Shown: piece by piece, positions 33,777 through 46,136 of the stretch | How positions within the stretch are numbered: position 1 is the first letter of the stretch | How the letters are laid out: each line of letters starts with the position of its first letter | Source of the DNA: Zancudomyces culisetae HAW-14-8 | Lineage: Eukaryota > Fungi > Kickxellomycota | DNA length: 64,000 bases | NCBI GenBank assembly: GCA_052426225.1 | Contig: JBNJNM010000011.1 | Coordinates: 2,852,001-2,916,000, forward strand | Reading direction: 5' to 3' | Program-made: the position numbers and the translations under genes | Notes under the pieces: model-generated | What the model saw: only the letters and a program-made list of their open reading frames with translations | Told to the model about the DNA's origin: nothing | The model's database searches: none

Positions 33777-34654
33777 TCAGTTGTTTTTAAGAGCGTACTG
33801 TAGGGACTCATACAATTGAACCTCGACTTCTGCGGCAGCCTTTTCGGCATCGTTTTTAGCGGAAGACAAACGGCTTTGAGATTCTGTAAGCTCTCGGTTT
33901 ACAGCCTAGTAGATATACACACATGTTAACATAAAAACCCACGTGATAATATTGTTTAGATGTGAATAGTCTTACCTCTAAACTAAAGTTAGACAGCTCA
34001 AAGGCCTCGACAGCATTAATGCTTAAGGCTGAGTTTGGATGCATTGTCAAAAATCCGCCAGAAACTATGTGCAATTAGATTATTAAAGATACAAAGTTCG
34101 AAGAGTTAGTTTGTGATTATACGTGTATTCAAGAAAAATAGAAATGTCATATACACGTACTGAAAAACTTTTTGTTTCCGTCAGCCTTGATTACTTCCAC
34201 TACACCTGGATTAAGCTGCTCGATTGTAGGAACGTGATCAGAGAGAATACCCATATCTCCTGTATGTGCTGGAACGTTGACCTGGGTGACAGGTATACTT
34301 TTAAAGATTACCTATATTATCAGTTTTTTTTTCCGAAGATTAGTAGGCTGCTGCTATTTGGTCGCCAAAAACATAGAACAATAGTGGTAATTACCTGATG
34401 TGGAGCAGAGAAGCTCAAAGTAAAACCCTGAGGAGTGGTTTGGGCCTCACTGGCAAATCTTCTTGCCCCTACTCAAGAGTAATTTTTGGTTAGAATGCGT
34501 TTAGCGATTGCTCAAAATCAAGAAAAAATATATATATTCAGGGTGGCGATTTAGGCCGGATGGTCCTGGAATGATGTAGAGTAAAAAGGTTCTTACCAAG
34601 TCGTAGTGTTTTGTTAAAGATTCCTGGTCTTGCCAAACGTAGTAAGCTGCTCAT
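33777..34654 (-). CDS. ATP16: Mitochondrial F1-ATP synthase delta subunit (exons 34654-34597, 34468-34395, 34311-34161, 34064-33976, 33905-33777)
   Basis: Presequence MSSLLRLARPG...RRFASEA, then LSFSAPHQ, QVNVPAHTGDMGILSDHVPTIEQLNPG, ISGGF and AAAEVEVQLYESLQYAL. All introns are GT-AG and in phase. Confidence 0.96.
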
Positions 34655-35890
34655 TTCGAATTACTAGATTTCACGATTATATTTTTGTAAACAAAAAAAA
34701 AACTTTTTTTATTACTATATACCGAGGGGTGGGTGTAAGAGTAATTTTTTTTGTTTTAAATTAGATAACGATCTTAACCTCGCAATTTTCCCTTTCCCCT
34801 TTTTTTTAGCTTCTGAAATTGCCCAGGTTCATTGGCTTGAAAAATAATCCAGATTAAGAAAAAAGCAAAATGTAATCAACAAGCATTGGTTTACCCACTT
34901 AAGAGGAGAGAGAAGAGTTTAGCAGATAGCTCGTGGATATGTGCAATTTTGACATACTTTTTTTTAAGAGCAAGAGATACACTTGAATTAGCGCAAAAAA
35001 GCTGTGACGATATATGGGTTCATATAACTGTAGCTGCAGCTTGCTTTTTTAATTACTAGGCCCCTCCACTGGAGTTGCAAATTGGTTTTTTTTTGCGAAA
35101 ATATCAAGTTTCAGCCAAATTGAAAAGCAAAAGAGCGTATAAAAGACACAGTATTTTTGAGAGCAGGGTGAAGAGGGTGGGTAGGTTCCGACATAGAGAC
35201 TTCTTCCCAAGCCATGGGTAAATATCTACATTTTTTTTTCTGTTTTATTTTATTTTGTTCTGCAAGCGCTCCCAAGTTCAATTAATGCGCTTTTATTGGC
35301 CAAGACTTCCATATTATTTTTGGGTTGGGAATAAAATTTTTTTTTGCTATACTCAAAAGAGTAAAATACGCAATAATGTTATCAAAAAGAAAAAAAGACT
35401 CAGACATGATAATGCGATAGTTCTATTGGCCTGCCCAAACCAGGTAAGTCCGTCAACATTTCCCTGTTTTTCGTTATTTTTTTAAAATCCTACCCAAAAT
35501 GCTGAGATTGGCACAGGAAATATCAACCTATTATACTGGAATGACAAACTAAAAATAGGAAATTGGTCGCGTGCTCTGGTGCGGTGAGCAGAAATATTTC
35601 CAGAATAAACGAATTAACTAATATACAAAAAAAACGAGAAATATTTACGCAAATCCACGCTCAAATGTCTCACTCTCCCGCTTTGACCGTCACGTGCTAA
35701 TTGTACAATAAATTGACAAGCATAACTGATAAAAAGGTGAAAGAATATATTTATTCCAGGTACGCCTTACCAGAACAAATATGTTGATTTGTGTACACTT
35801 TTATTGTGATTAAGCTTAAATGGATTAAAAAACAATATAAACACTGGTCTATAGTATATAAAGGAACAAAAGCTAAAAACCGAGTCCACG

Positions 35891-37918
35891 ATGGAAAATG
35901 ATTTGCCTTCTTCACACAAAAAGCTTGGGGAAGATTCACCCTTGATCAGCCGAGCTAACCGGAGTGCGGAATCTGCCACGTCTTTTTCCGCTAGCGGTGC
36001 AAATGTTGATAGTGTTCAACAAAGAAAGATATCCGGCCTGAGCATACAGACTCGATCGAGCTTTGAAGAGGATGTAATTGAGGATTTTAGTGGTCATGCT
36101 CCCGACGGGGATATTCAGGATGTATACCAGAGAGACGCCTTGTTAAAATATAAAATATTTGCGCTTATCTGCACGCTGTTGATTTCAGGTATCTTTTATT
36201 ATACCTTTTACTTTTTTTTTTTACACAAACACACTAAGATACATAGCTAAGATGCAAAGCTAAGATACAAAACTAAGATTGCTACGATATATAATGTAAT
36301 AGTGGGAAGTCATTATTCTGCGCATACTCTTGGAGCACTAAAGTCGTCGATAAAAAAGGTATAGTCTCATTCATCTTCATTCTTTCTGCTTATCTATCTG
36401 CATTTTTTTAACTTTTTGTCTCCCAAGACCGTCCGAGATGTATTGCTATTTACAAAAGAACAATGCTTTACACAGAAGTTTTTTTTTGTAGGAACTTGGA
36501 ATAACCAATGCGCAGTATGGCGCCTTACAATCGACGGTTTCCTTGGTGAACACAGTGCTGCCAATTATAGGTGGCTTGTTTATTGATTCCTTTGGAACAG
36601 AGGTGGGATCTATAATATCGACACTTTTCATAATGTTAGGAAGTATTGTTGTCGCCTTATCTACCAACTTTGTCTCATTTCCGATGATGGTTGTTGGCCG
36701 GTTAATCTATGGGTAAGACTCCAGTGATATGTTTTCTAAAGGTTTTCTCTTTCTTTTTTTCTTGCCTTTGGTATCACTAAATTTTGTTTTTTTAATTTTT
36801 ATATGCAAAAAAATAGACTTGGATCTGGCACTATAGTTACTGTGCAGGAAACAATATTAGGCCATTGGTTTAGGGGTTCGAGTTTGTCTGCGGTTATTGC
36901 GCTCCAAATAGCGACGTCAAGACTCTCATCTTTTCTTTCTATGGGAACATCGATTCCAATAGCCAACTTTTTCAATTTTTACGGAGCCGCTTTCTGGGCA
37001 GCATCGATTGTCTGTGTCTTGTCATTCTTAGTCAACTTTTTTTACGTTAATACTCTTCGGATAATCCACAAGAAGTTGGACAGCGAAAGCCTTCTCAGGA
37101 TAAAAAAGAAAAACAAATTCACTTTTGCGCTATTATTCTTTTTCCCAGGAATATTTTGGTTATTAACAACTGAAAGCTTTATTTTGGGGAGCAGTTGGAC
37201 CTCTTTTCTGCACATTAACACAGAATATGTAAAACTCAAGTTTGGAGTAAGTGATGAAGTAGCTGCTTGGAACGCCAGCTTTGCTCAATTCCTACCAGTA
37301 TTTTTAGTTCCGATTTTGGGTGTTGCAATCGATAAGTATGGATACCGTGTCGAATACGTGATACTTTCGTCACTATTCTTTTGTCTTTCAATACTTGTTT
37401 TGGGATACACATACGTGACACCCCTACTCGGAATGTTTATATTTTCACTATCACTAGCTTCGGGACCTCTGGCCATGGTGTCATCCATTGCTCTCTTAGT
37501 TCCTTCTGCATCTTTAGGCACTGGACTCGGATTATACAAATCTGCTTTAAATGTCGGAAGCACTATAGTTGATATTCTGGTGGGTTTTTTACAGGACCAC
37601 AGCCATTCAGGCCCACCTCTGGCATCTGACTATGACAACGTTATGCTGTTTTACATTTTTTGGTCTGTTCTTGCCCTTTTCGCAGGCATTGCGATATCCT
37701 ATCTGGACAAGCGACATTGGAGATCTTTACTTCAAAGCGATATAATACGTAGGCCTCTAGCGCTTCAGTCAAATTCGGAATTCTTTTCCCGGTACTCGGA
37801 AGATGTGATCCAGAATGCTAAGATTTCTAGGATAAAGTTCAAGAAGTGGATCCCAGTTCTGATCTTTGCTGTGCTGCTTGTCATAAGCTTTATAATGTTT
37901 TTTAGTTTTTTATTGTAG
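35891..37918 (+). CDS. MFS transporter, MFSD1-like (exons 35891-36188, 36303-36358, 36492-36712, 36817-37918)
   Basis: GSHY, VNTVLPIIGGLFIDSFG, VVGRLIYGLGSG, HWFRG and GVAIDKYG. About 12 TM helices. N-terminal dileucine-like EDSPLI. Confidence 0.9.
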
Positions 37919-38067
37919 ATAGTGTTTGCATACTTTTCTTGGTGTAACATAGTATCAGGTATAAAAGTGAAGTAGAAATAGAATTGAGGTTTTGTTTTAA
38001 TTGCGTCCATTCCGCAAATTCCATGACATGGAGTATAGTAATCGCACATCTTGTTTCAATTGGACCT

Positions 38068-38085
38068 GGGGGGGGGGGGGGGGGG
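38068..38085. repeat. Poly-G homopolymer (G18)
   Basis: Directly visible. Confidence 0.9.
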
Positions 38086-38476
38086 TGAAGGGATCTTGAT
38101 TGTAATCAGCCAGCCACTATGTGTTAGCGCTCTCAAAAATTGGTAAGAAGTTTGAAGTTTTGTTCTTAATTGTTAGATGGATAGCGGGAAATATACCCAC
38201 ATTTTAATACTTGTATTATTTTGAGCTACACATAGACAGAGAGCATATCAGATGTTCATTTGCTAGTATTAAAGTGATCAGGCATAATTTTAGTATTATA
38301 TCCGCTCCTAAATCAGAAAGAAAAACTTCAAAGTATCAAAAAGAGATAGGCAAATTCTTTTGGCTTAGTGTATACTACAATATCGCCTTAATCCAGCCTT
38401 TTCTTCAGGGCGAGCAACCATCGTACCTCATTTAGTACTTGCCTCGTAATCACTGCTAGTCCCTCGTATGGTTACT

Positions 38477-38512
38477 ACTATCACTATCACTATCACTATC
38501 ACCATCACCATC
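38477..38512. repeat. (ACTATC/ACCATC)n hexanucleotide microsatellite
   Basis: Directly visible; it produces spurious TITITI/VIVIVI ORFs. Confidence 0.85.
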
Positions 38513-39125
38513 GCTTTTTTTTGTGATTCAGTAAAATTTGTCCAGGTTTTGCTTTTCTTTTTTGCTTTAACTGTACATATACTAATAAAGTACAATTTTT
38601 GGACAACTGTCATTACGAGATCTAAAGGGTTATACAACATGCATAGGACTCGGTAGAATTCTCAATCCTTTCTTGTTTCTCCATTTTTATTTATTTGGAA
38701 CACGCAGTTTAAAAAAAATACACGACCAGTTCACCCTACTATAGATACTGAATCCTCTTTATCGTAAATCGAGCATTTAAACTATTTATGTCGAATAAAA
38801 TGCTTACTTTTTTACATACAGGGAATCGTTGTGGCACGATCTCTAGAGTAGCAGTGTATCGCAAAGCTTTTATTTTGCAAAATACTTGCACTCAAAAACG
38901 CCATTTGCTAAAAAAAAACAAAGTAATCACGTGGATACTGGGTAGACACGAATAAACATCATTTCTTTATTGCTGTTTTTAGCTATATTCTGCTTTATCC
39001 AATAATATTTAAATAAACTATCCCAAAGATTCTTTAAAAGTCTATACACATATATCCTGATGGTATGAGTGTATTCTATCTTGTTTTTTGAAAATAATAA
39101 TAATAACGAGGAAGACATGGTATAC

Positions 39126-40673
39126 TCATGGATGTACATGTGGACATATAACCTCTATGCTTTCAATTCGTGCCTTTCCATTAGATCCAAATATAAAATA
39201 TTTCCAGTCCTCAACCTTACCCAGTTTTCCACTGTTGAAAACTCTAACCCCTCCGGGACGCGAATATGGATCACCAATACCATATACAACTCTATCACCG
39301 TCAATCTGTGCAAATACAGTTGTCTTTTGAGAAAGCTGCTTTTCCGGTCCCAAGAATTTCAAAGAGCTAAAATTAGCATCTCTGGTCCTTATCCCAGACT
39401 TTTTGTTTGCGGTATTTGACCAAAAGAAATCCAAATAGTGATTATCATTTGCCTGTGCCTTGTTATTTTTTGTTACTAGACCCAAGTAAAAATCGTTTTT
39501 TGTTGTCACTCTTGCGATAAACAAGGCGTTGTTTCCTTTACAAACCGATCTCATCAAGTTTTTTTCAGGGTTATACGGGTTGCAAGCACATCCTTCTATA
39601 TTTCTACCACAATATTTATTTACCTTTCCGCAAACCCATCTGTTAGGATGGCATTTATTGTTGTAGCACTCATACTTATTTTTTTTGTACTTGTATGTAG
39701 TTTCGACACAAACTTTTGTTGATGTCATCTCACATCCACTCACAGTCTCAGTGGAATATACAGTAGAAATGCTGTCGACATTAAGAGTCACAACCGGCTT
39801 TTCGGTCGATATACTTTCATCTGTTTTTGATTCAGTACTTGTTATTGTAACTGTGGGCGTTTCTGTAGGCTCAGATGTAAACGTAGTAGTAGTAGTTGTT
39901 GTTGTTGAATCACTCACATTTAATATAGTGGTTTCCACCTTGCTTGTTGTTGTTGGGGTAATGGTTGTGGTATTTTCAACCAAGGTAGAGGTATTGGTAG
40001 TTGTTACCGTGACATCTGTGCTTGCTGTTGTTGTAATAACAGGAAAGTTAGCACTTGATGTGGGGGAAAAAACTCTGGTACATGATTCCCATAAATATTC
40101 CTTCCATGTAACTTGGTCATCGCCATAGCCGGCCCATTTTTTGAACCACGGGTATGGAGTTGGATCTGTCCAGCTTATTATAGATATTCCTGCTGTTTCA
40201 CCATCTTTTCCTATTCCGACATCAAAATATCCCGTGGACCTTGTAAAAATATAGAATGAAAAGAAGTTTGTGCTATCAATTCCCAATCCTTGCCCAGCGG
40301 CCACCAGCGGTCCACCTTGCACTTTTTTTATACCAGAAAGGTTTTTACCATAGCCGAAGCTTATTTCGTACATGTTGTTTACAGGACCATCTCCAGTAGT
40401 AAGACCAATCATAAAGTAGTTTCCAATGGATAACGGCGTACCATATATAAAAGCGGAACCGAACCCATTGCATACGTCATTTTGCCAGAAAATATTGGTA
40501 TTAAACGCAGGGTATGTTGGTGCCTCACTTGGCGTGGTTACTGCCTGGAGTTGTGGTGGCTTTATACCAATCATGGGATATTCATGTTTTTCGTTGTTGG
40601 ACGCTTGTTTCCCGAATTCTACTGCACTTGCGTAGTACAGGGAAATCAAACCATTTACAAGCGCCTTTTTCAT
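39126..40673 (-). CDS. Secreted protein with two putative Methyltransf_FA (FAMeT)-like domains, Thr-rich linker and Cys-rich segment
   Basis: Signal peptide MKKALVNGLISLYYASA. Domain 1: MYEISFG...SGIKK...FFSFYI...VGIGKDGE...ISWTDPTP. Domain 2: FIARVTTKNDFYLGL...ANKKSGIRTR...VVYGIG...YFIFGS. Confidence 0.75.
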   Translation of the reverse strand: MKKALVNGLISLYYASAVEFGKQASNNEKHEYPMIGIKPPQLQAVTTPSEAPTYPAFNTNIFWQNDVCNGFGSAFIYGTPLSIGNYFMIGLTTGDGPVNNMYEISFGYGKNLSGIKKVQGGPLVAAGQGLGIDSTNFFSFYIFTRSTGYFDVGIGKDGETAGISIISWTDPTPYPWFKKWAGYGDDQVTWKEYLWESCTRVFSPTSSANFPVITTTASTDVTVTTTNTSTLVENTTTITPTTTSKVETTILNVSDSTTTTTTTTFTSEPTETPTVTITSTESKTDESISTEKPVVTLNVDSISTVYSTETVSGCEMTSTKVCVETTYKYKKNKYECYNNKCHPNRWVCGKVNKYCGRNIEGCACNPYNPEKNLMRSVCKGNNALFIARVTTKNDFYLGLVTKNNKAQANDNHYLDFFWSNTANKKSGIRTRDANFSSLKFLGPEKQLSQKTTVFAQIDGDRVVYGIGDPYSRPGGVRVFNSGKLGKVEDWKYFIFGSNGKARIESIEVICPHVHP

Positions 40674-42418
40674 TTTCGCTTATATTGATTCTTCGGTGGT
40701 TGTTAGTTTATTCTGGTTTATCTTCTCTTTGTATTCTTTGAAGGGTATTAATAAAGTTTAGAAATTATTGAAGAATCAAAGCTAATACACTGTCACATAA
40801 AAGTCAGGAGTATATATAAAACGTTGTGACGTTAAATGGTTATAAAACATTACACGGCCAATATATGGTGATCCAACGAACTGTAACTTACAAAATTATC
40901 TGTTTATCCTGAATAACCTTGCGCTTTAATATAACTAACACACATAATAATAGGACCTTTCTGAGTTGGGCGATGCATTATGTGCCTTTTTTTTTCATCA
41001 GCATGTTCCTCAATTATGTGACTTGTAAAATTAAAACACAGTAAAAAAAACTGCAATTTTCATTCTGGATTATTCTATTTGGCTTTTTAATATTGTTTCT
41101 GATCTACGCTCCTTTAATATACAAGTCTTGAATTCTTTCAAATTCTACATAAGTTGTTATAGCTGAAACAATTTTGGGTCACCAATTATAAAGGAACAAC
41201 ATTAATAGAGCTGTAGTATACTTTGAAAATGCATTGCTTGGCCTAGAGGGGGAGCTACTACCATTTCATTCTCAAATATGATGTGCAAAAGGAATATCCA
41301 TTCCTCATAAATGGAGAAACTAAATCTAGATTTTCTTCGCACTATGCACACACTTGGATCCTATTCGAGCCGGAAAAAAAAAGTGTGCTGTACAAACCAC
41401 TTGGGCAAACTCAACTGAAAACCCTCTCAGACAAGGTTTTTTTCTGGCCCTTATGGTTTAATATGGTGTTACCTATTCTAACTAAATTGCAATTCTATTT
41501 TTTTTGAAGCTAATCCAGTCTTGGTGAAAGCTGGGCAATGAACAAGGTGAATACCTTGGTCTAGCCTAATTTCAATTTTTTACAATGAGCCTTCCTTGCT
41601 CACACTTGTAAAAACAAATGTATGAATATTCAATACGGATAGAGCTGTGGGCGTACTATACACACAAGTCCGTTGTAGATTTTCTTAGTTTTATGTGGGT
41701 CATGCGTGCGACGTGTTGTATTTAATGCATGGTGCTATATCCCTAGCTCGTAGTCTTTGAAAAATCAACCAGAGTAATATGAGCTACTCACTAGCTCGGG
41801 GAGTACGAAGTTCCAAACATTATACCCAGTCTTTTTCTTTGCAAGTTATCATTCTACTCTGTTCATCCAACAGGGCGAGATAAAAAGTGTTGCATATATA
41901 TCTCGAGGGGGTGGGACTATAGCACTGGAGCGTATGTACCATATATACTCAACAGATTACTAAATAAACGCTTCTTATGTTCTAAATGCTTTAGAATACT
42001 ATGCTTTTGACGTTATAGGTCACAGAAATTTGTGTGAGCTGTCTAAAACTATCTTGTTACAGCGATAGAAGCCTACATCAACTGGAAGTCATAAATACAT
42101 TTTTTGTAGATAAAGAATAGCAATTATCCTTTTCGCGTTTGTATATTTATTTTTGACCAAAAAAAGTGATATTTAGAGCTTTCAAAGCTCTCAGGGGGCA
42201 TTTGATTTGGTTCCAGTATTTATATGTTTACTGGGAGAATGGAGATGAAATTCACGCTGATTTTTGAGTGACGACCCCGTAAAATTATTTTGCAATCAGC
42301 AACCAAAAATATGGAGAAAAATTGAAAAAGGATACAACTCATAATTCAATAAATGCCTACTTGATAATAATTAAAAATACTCACAATTTGTTACAATTCT
42401 GTGCTCAAGACTTACACC

Positions 42419-42886
42419 ATGGAGGTTTCGGGAGGCTCAAAAACACCAGCTGATTTTCTTAAATTGATTATGGGAAATCAGGTAATCGTTCGTTTAAATA
42501 CAGGTGTTGATTATAAAGGTATTGAATTTATAGACAATTTATATACAATCGAGATTTAAGTTGGAAAATGGGGAAAAATGGTCCAGGCTAAGTTCAGTAC
42601 TCTGAAATTTTATTACAAATTCGGTATACACTACTACTAACAAGGCAACTTGATTAATCTTTTTAGGCACTTTGGCATGCTTAGATGGCTACATGAACAT
42701 AGCTCTAGAAAATACGGAAGAATATGTCGATGGTGTGCTTAAAAATAAGTATGGTGACGCCTTTTTGCGCGGAAACAATGGTAAAATCGTTTTTGTTTAC
42801 TTATGCTAAATGTATGTATTATTTAAATGGGCTCAATATAATGTGTTTCCAAAAACAAAATAGTTTTGTACATTTCACTGGATTGA
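42419..42886 (+). CDS. LSM6: U6 snRNA-associated Sm-like protein Lsm6 (exons 42419-42518, 42667-42780, 42864-42886)
   Basis: Spliced translation: MEVSGGSKTPADFLKLIMGNQVIVRLNTGVDYKGTLACLDGYMNIALENTEEYVDGVLKNKYGDAFLRGNNVLYISLD. Confidence 0.96.
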
Positions 42887-44689
42887 GGATGGGGTCTTCC
42901 AAAACACGATGAAGATAAAAATAAGTTATGGCCTTTCAGATTTCGGTATTTGTTGCCTCGAAATGTATATTTGAATCGAACAAAAAATTTTAACCACAGC
43001 CATTTTAACACAGTATTTGTTAGCATAGCAACCTGTTTTCCGATATTGACATCGACCTCATCTTTTACTTTTTGTTTAAATATAAACTTATCTATTTGTA
43101 ATTTGATGCAAAAATATCGAAAGGAAAGGTTTCTAAGGTTTTTTTCAGGGAGAGGAGGGGGGGAGGGGTACAGAGATGAGTGATTAGAAAGAAGGCAGAG
43201 GCGAACAGAGAAAACATTTCCAACGTACACTGTTGTGTTTATGAAAAAAAAGCTGTTGTCCTAGGTCTATAATCCAGCATTATTCCCTAATACTGAATGA
43301 TATCAGGCCTGTAATGTTATTTTAGTTGAGTAGCGACGCTACTGTGAATACATGGTAAATAAAATGTGTCGCAACAGGCATACCACCTACCTAAGCCAAT
43401 ATACTGTTTTACTGTTGAAAAAAAGAATGACCAAATCATACTGACAGGCTAAATAGTCTTATATTTGAAGAGGGTGAATGAACAAAAAAAATTCTATAGC
43501 TATATGCAGCTTGGGATGTATTGTATGCATAAAACGTTTGAATGTCGTGATGATCAATTTTGGGGCAGGTTAGTTACGAAATATTAACTGATGTACAAAG
43601 TGACACTCATATACCTTGGCGTACATTAAAATGCCGATAAAGACACTACTCTCTCTTGCGTAGCGAAGCTCTGCCAAAAGAATAGAAAAGGTCCTGAATT
43701 TCTTTTAAAAACAACAACCATTTGATCCAAAATACTACGAGAACAAGCTAGTTGCTGTGATAGCACTTTCTTTTCCATTTCCGGTTCAACTTCACAAATT
43801 TTTTTTTTTGGAGTTATCACAAGTAACCCTGGTACAGCGATTATAACAGTAGTATGCACAAGATTTTACAAGTTAATTGCTGAACATTATTCGCTCTTCT
43901 TACATTGACTAGCATCGATTTTATCTTCTAGCTTTGAAACGAAAGGAGAAAACGTTCACAGAACAGGGGTTTGAAAGCGTCGGTAAACATTCGCAATGCA
44001 AAAGAAAAGTTGGTGAGGGCTCCATTGGATTTGCACACCAACACTCAAAAATTTAAGGCTATTGTCATTTTTCAATCCACTGCATGATATTAACTTTGGC
44101 CTTTCGCAGAGTATGCTTGGAGCTGGAAACACTTTAAACCAAAGCGCTCTAGAATTGTATTCTTTCCTTTTTTTGATCTTCCAACTCGTAGATCAGTTTT
44201 TATAGGTTCAAAGGAATAAAATGCAAGGAATTTCAAAAAGCTGAGCGTCTAGAATGTTCTAGGAACACATATCCAGAATCGTGTAATTAACGCAAATTAT
44301 AATGCTGCGTCAAGTAGAGTCAAAGAACTGGCAGGTAGAATCCTGAAATATTCAAATAGCGATACTAGTTATTGCAAAGCCATGCCCAACTGTGCTGCTA
44401 CTTTTTTTATTTTTACACATTTAATAAGTTTATCTTATATAGCTAATAAAAGAAACACTCAAGTGGCATTACTGGTATTATCTCAATACATATTTACCAA
44501 CTGTTTATTCTCATATAACTAAATAGCTTGGAATATTAAAGACAAATTTAAACGCAAGCAGTTATTATTATACAAAGTGGCATAGTATAAACTATAGCAC
44601 ACCAGATAACCTTGATAATCAACTCAATAGGAACAATATTAGCCCCCCAAAACCATCGATAATACTATAGAAACAATAGAGGAAAAAAA

Positions 44690-45628
44690 ATGCACAAGCT
44701 TTTTCAGGTCGCAGTATTTTCGCTTTGTATTGTTACAATGCAGGTGCTCGGGCAATACGATATAAGTCCTGATCTCCAAGCAAAGTTTCCAAATAGAGAT
44801 ATTGCGAATGATAATATACAAGACCTATATGTCGACACCTATGGAGACATGAGTAGAATTCAATTGACTATAGGGATGCAACTGGATAGTAGTTGGGATG
44901 GAAAGGTGCTGTACGCCGGTTTTTCTTCAGACCAAACTCTTGTTCCAGATATTTATGAACTGAAGTTTTCATCTACAGAAGCCTCGGGAATTGCAAAGGG
45001 AGCCGCAGGTGCCTTGCTTGCCTCAGGACAACCTTTACCCAGTTTAAAAGCCCAGACCCTTGGAATAGTTATAGACAATTATGGAAGAATCACAATGGGA
45101 ACGGGTTCCTCTGTAACCAATCCTGTTGCTGTCACAGTTGCAAAATACACCGACAATTCGCCATTACCAAAGTTCAGGTATTTGCATTTGTACTCAGAAA
45201 GTGGAAAAGTGATCTTTTCAAACATAACAATAACCCGTAAGCTGATAGCTCCTGATGGGACACCAATTGAGCCAGTAACTGTGGTTGTGACAAACACAAA
45301 GTCAGAACTGGCGACTGTAACGGTTACAAGTATAAAAACTCAAACAGCAACATCGGTGTTCACAGTGCTGATTCCAACGACACTCAAAAGCACAGTTGAT
45401 ACTACTACCTCAACTACTACAGAGACATCATTTACTTTTGGAACCGCAGTGCCGACTACAACATCCACTACCACAACTAAAACGTCTACTTTAGTTATGA
45501 CAAGTACACTGCCGACTTCGACGGTTTCTTCTATAAATAGAACCACTGTATCAACTGCCACAACCACGACAGTACATAAAGTTGTATTCACAACGATTCA
45601 CTCTACAGTTACTATACGTAGGCGCTAG
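44690..45628 (+). CDS. Secreted protein with one FAMeT-like domain and Thr-rich C-terminal tail; paralogue of 39126-40673
   Basis: Signal peptide MHKLFQVAVFSLCIVTMQVLG. IYELKF...SGIAK...GALLASGQPL...ITMGTG...YTDNSPLPKFRY aligns with domain 1 of the 515-aa protein. Confidence 0.75.
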   Translation: MHKLFQVAVFSLCIVTMQVLGQYDISPDLQAKFPNRDIANDNIQDLYVDTYGDMSRIQLTIGMQLDSSWDGKVLYAGFSSDQTLVPDIYELKFSSTEASGIAKGAAGALLASGQPLPSLKAQTLGIVIDNYGRITMGTGSSVTNPVAVTVAKYTDNSPLPKFRYLHLYSESGKVIFSNITITRKLIAPDGTPIEPVTVVVTNTKSELATVTVTSIKTQTATSVFTVLIPTTLKSTVDTTTSTTTETSFTFGTAVPTTTSTTTTKTSTLVMTSTLPTSTVSSINRTTVSTATTTTVHKVVFTTIHSTVTIRRR

Positions 45629-46136
45629 TTAATAGGGCTAAAAAAGGGTGTATAGTGTTTTTTTTTTCAGTAAAAAAAAAACCCCCTTGGTGGCCATCCA
45701 TTTGTGCATACAAATGCGACTAACTAGTATATCGTTTATTGGCGCTAGATTTTACTATAAATAAACTTTTATATAAGAAGCGAGTTGACTATAACAGGTT
45801 GACGGGTATTTGTTTTTTGTTTGTTTCAGTCCTTCAGTAAGTTTAAACTACTGTGTTTGGGAAACTGTTATATTCTATAAAAGAGTTGTGCTCCACCAAG
45901 TTTCAATGAAGATTGCGTATCAAAATATTTTGAGATAAACCTACAAACAGTGAGTTGTAAGAAGATTCTAATTGTAAAGCCAAATTCGACACAACACTCG
46001 AGTAAGCTCACTCGCTCAAGCATTGGATAATAAGCTAGTAAAGATATATAAAACATAGACTACATATTGCTGCGAAAAAGGTAAAAACAGGCCCAAGGCT
46101 GGAGCAGATCTATGTAGAAGTGAAAAAAAAGGAAAG

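Noticed and set aside
38428-38656. VIVIVI / TITITI small ORFs
   Set aside because: Produced by the hexanucleotide microsatellite.
39042-39128. Stop-codon readthrough adding a hydrophobic tail (VYHVFLVIIIIFKK) to the 515-aa protein
   Set aside because: The TGA-G context is not the leaky type, and the hydrophobicity comes from an (ATT)n microsatellite.
43542-43597. Box C (GTGATGA) and box D (CTGA) snoRNA candidate
   Set aside because: Too short, weak terminal stem, no recognisable rRNA-antisense element.
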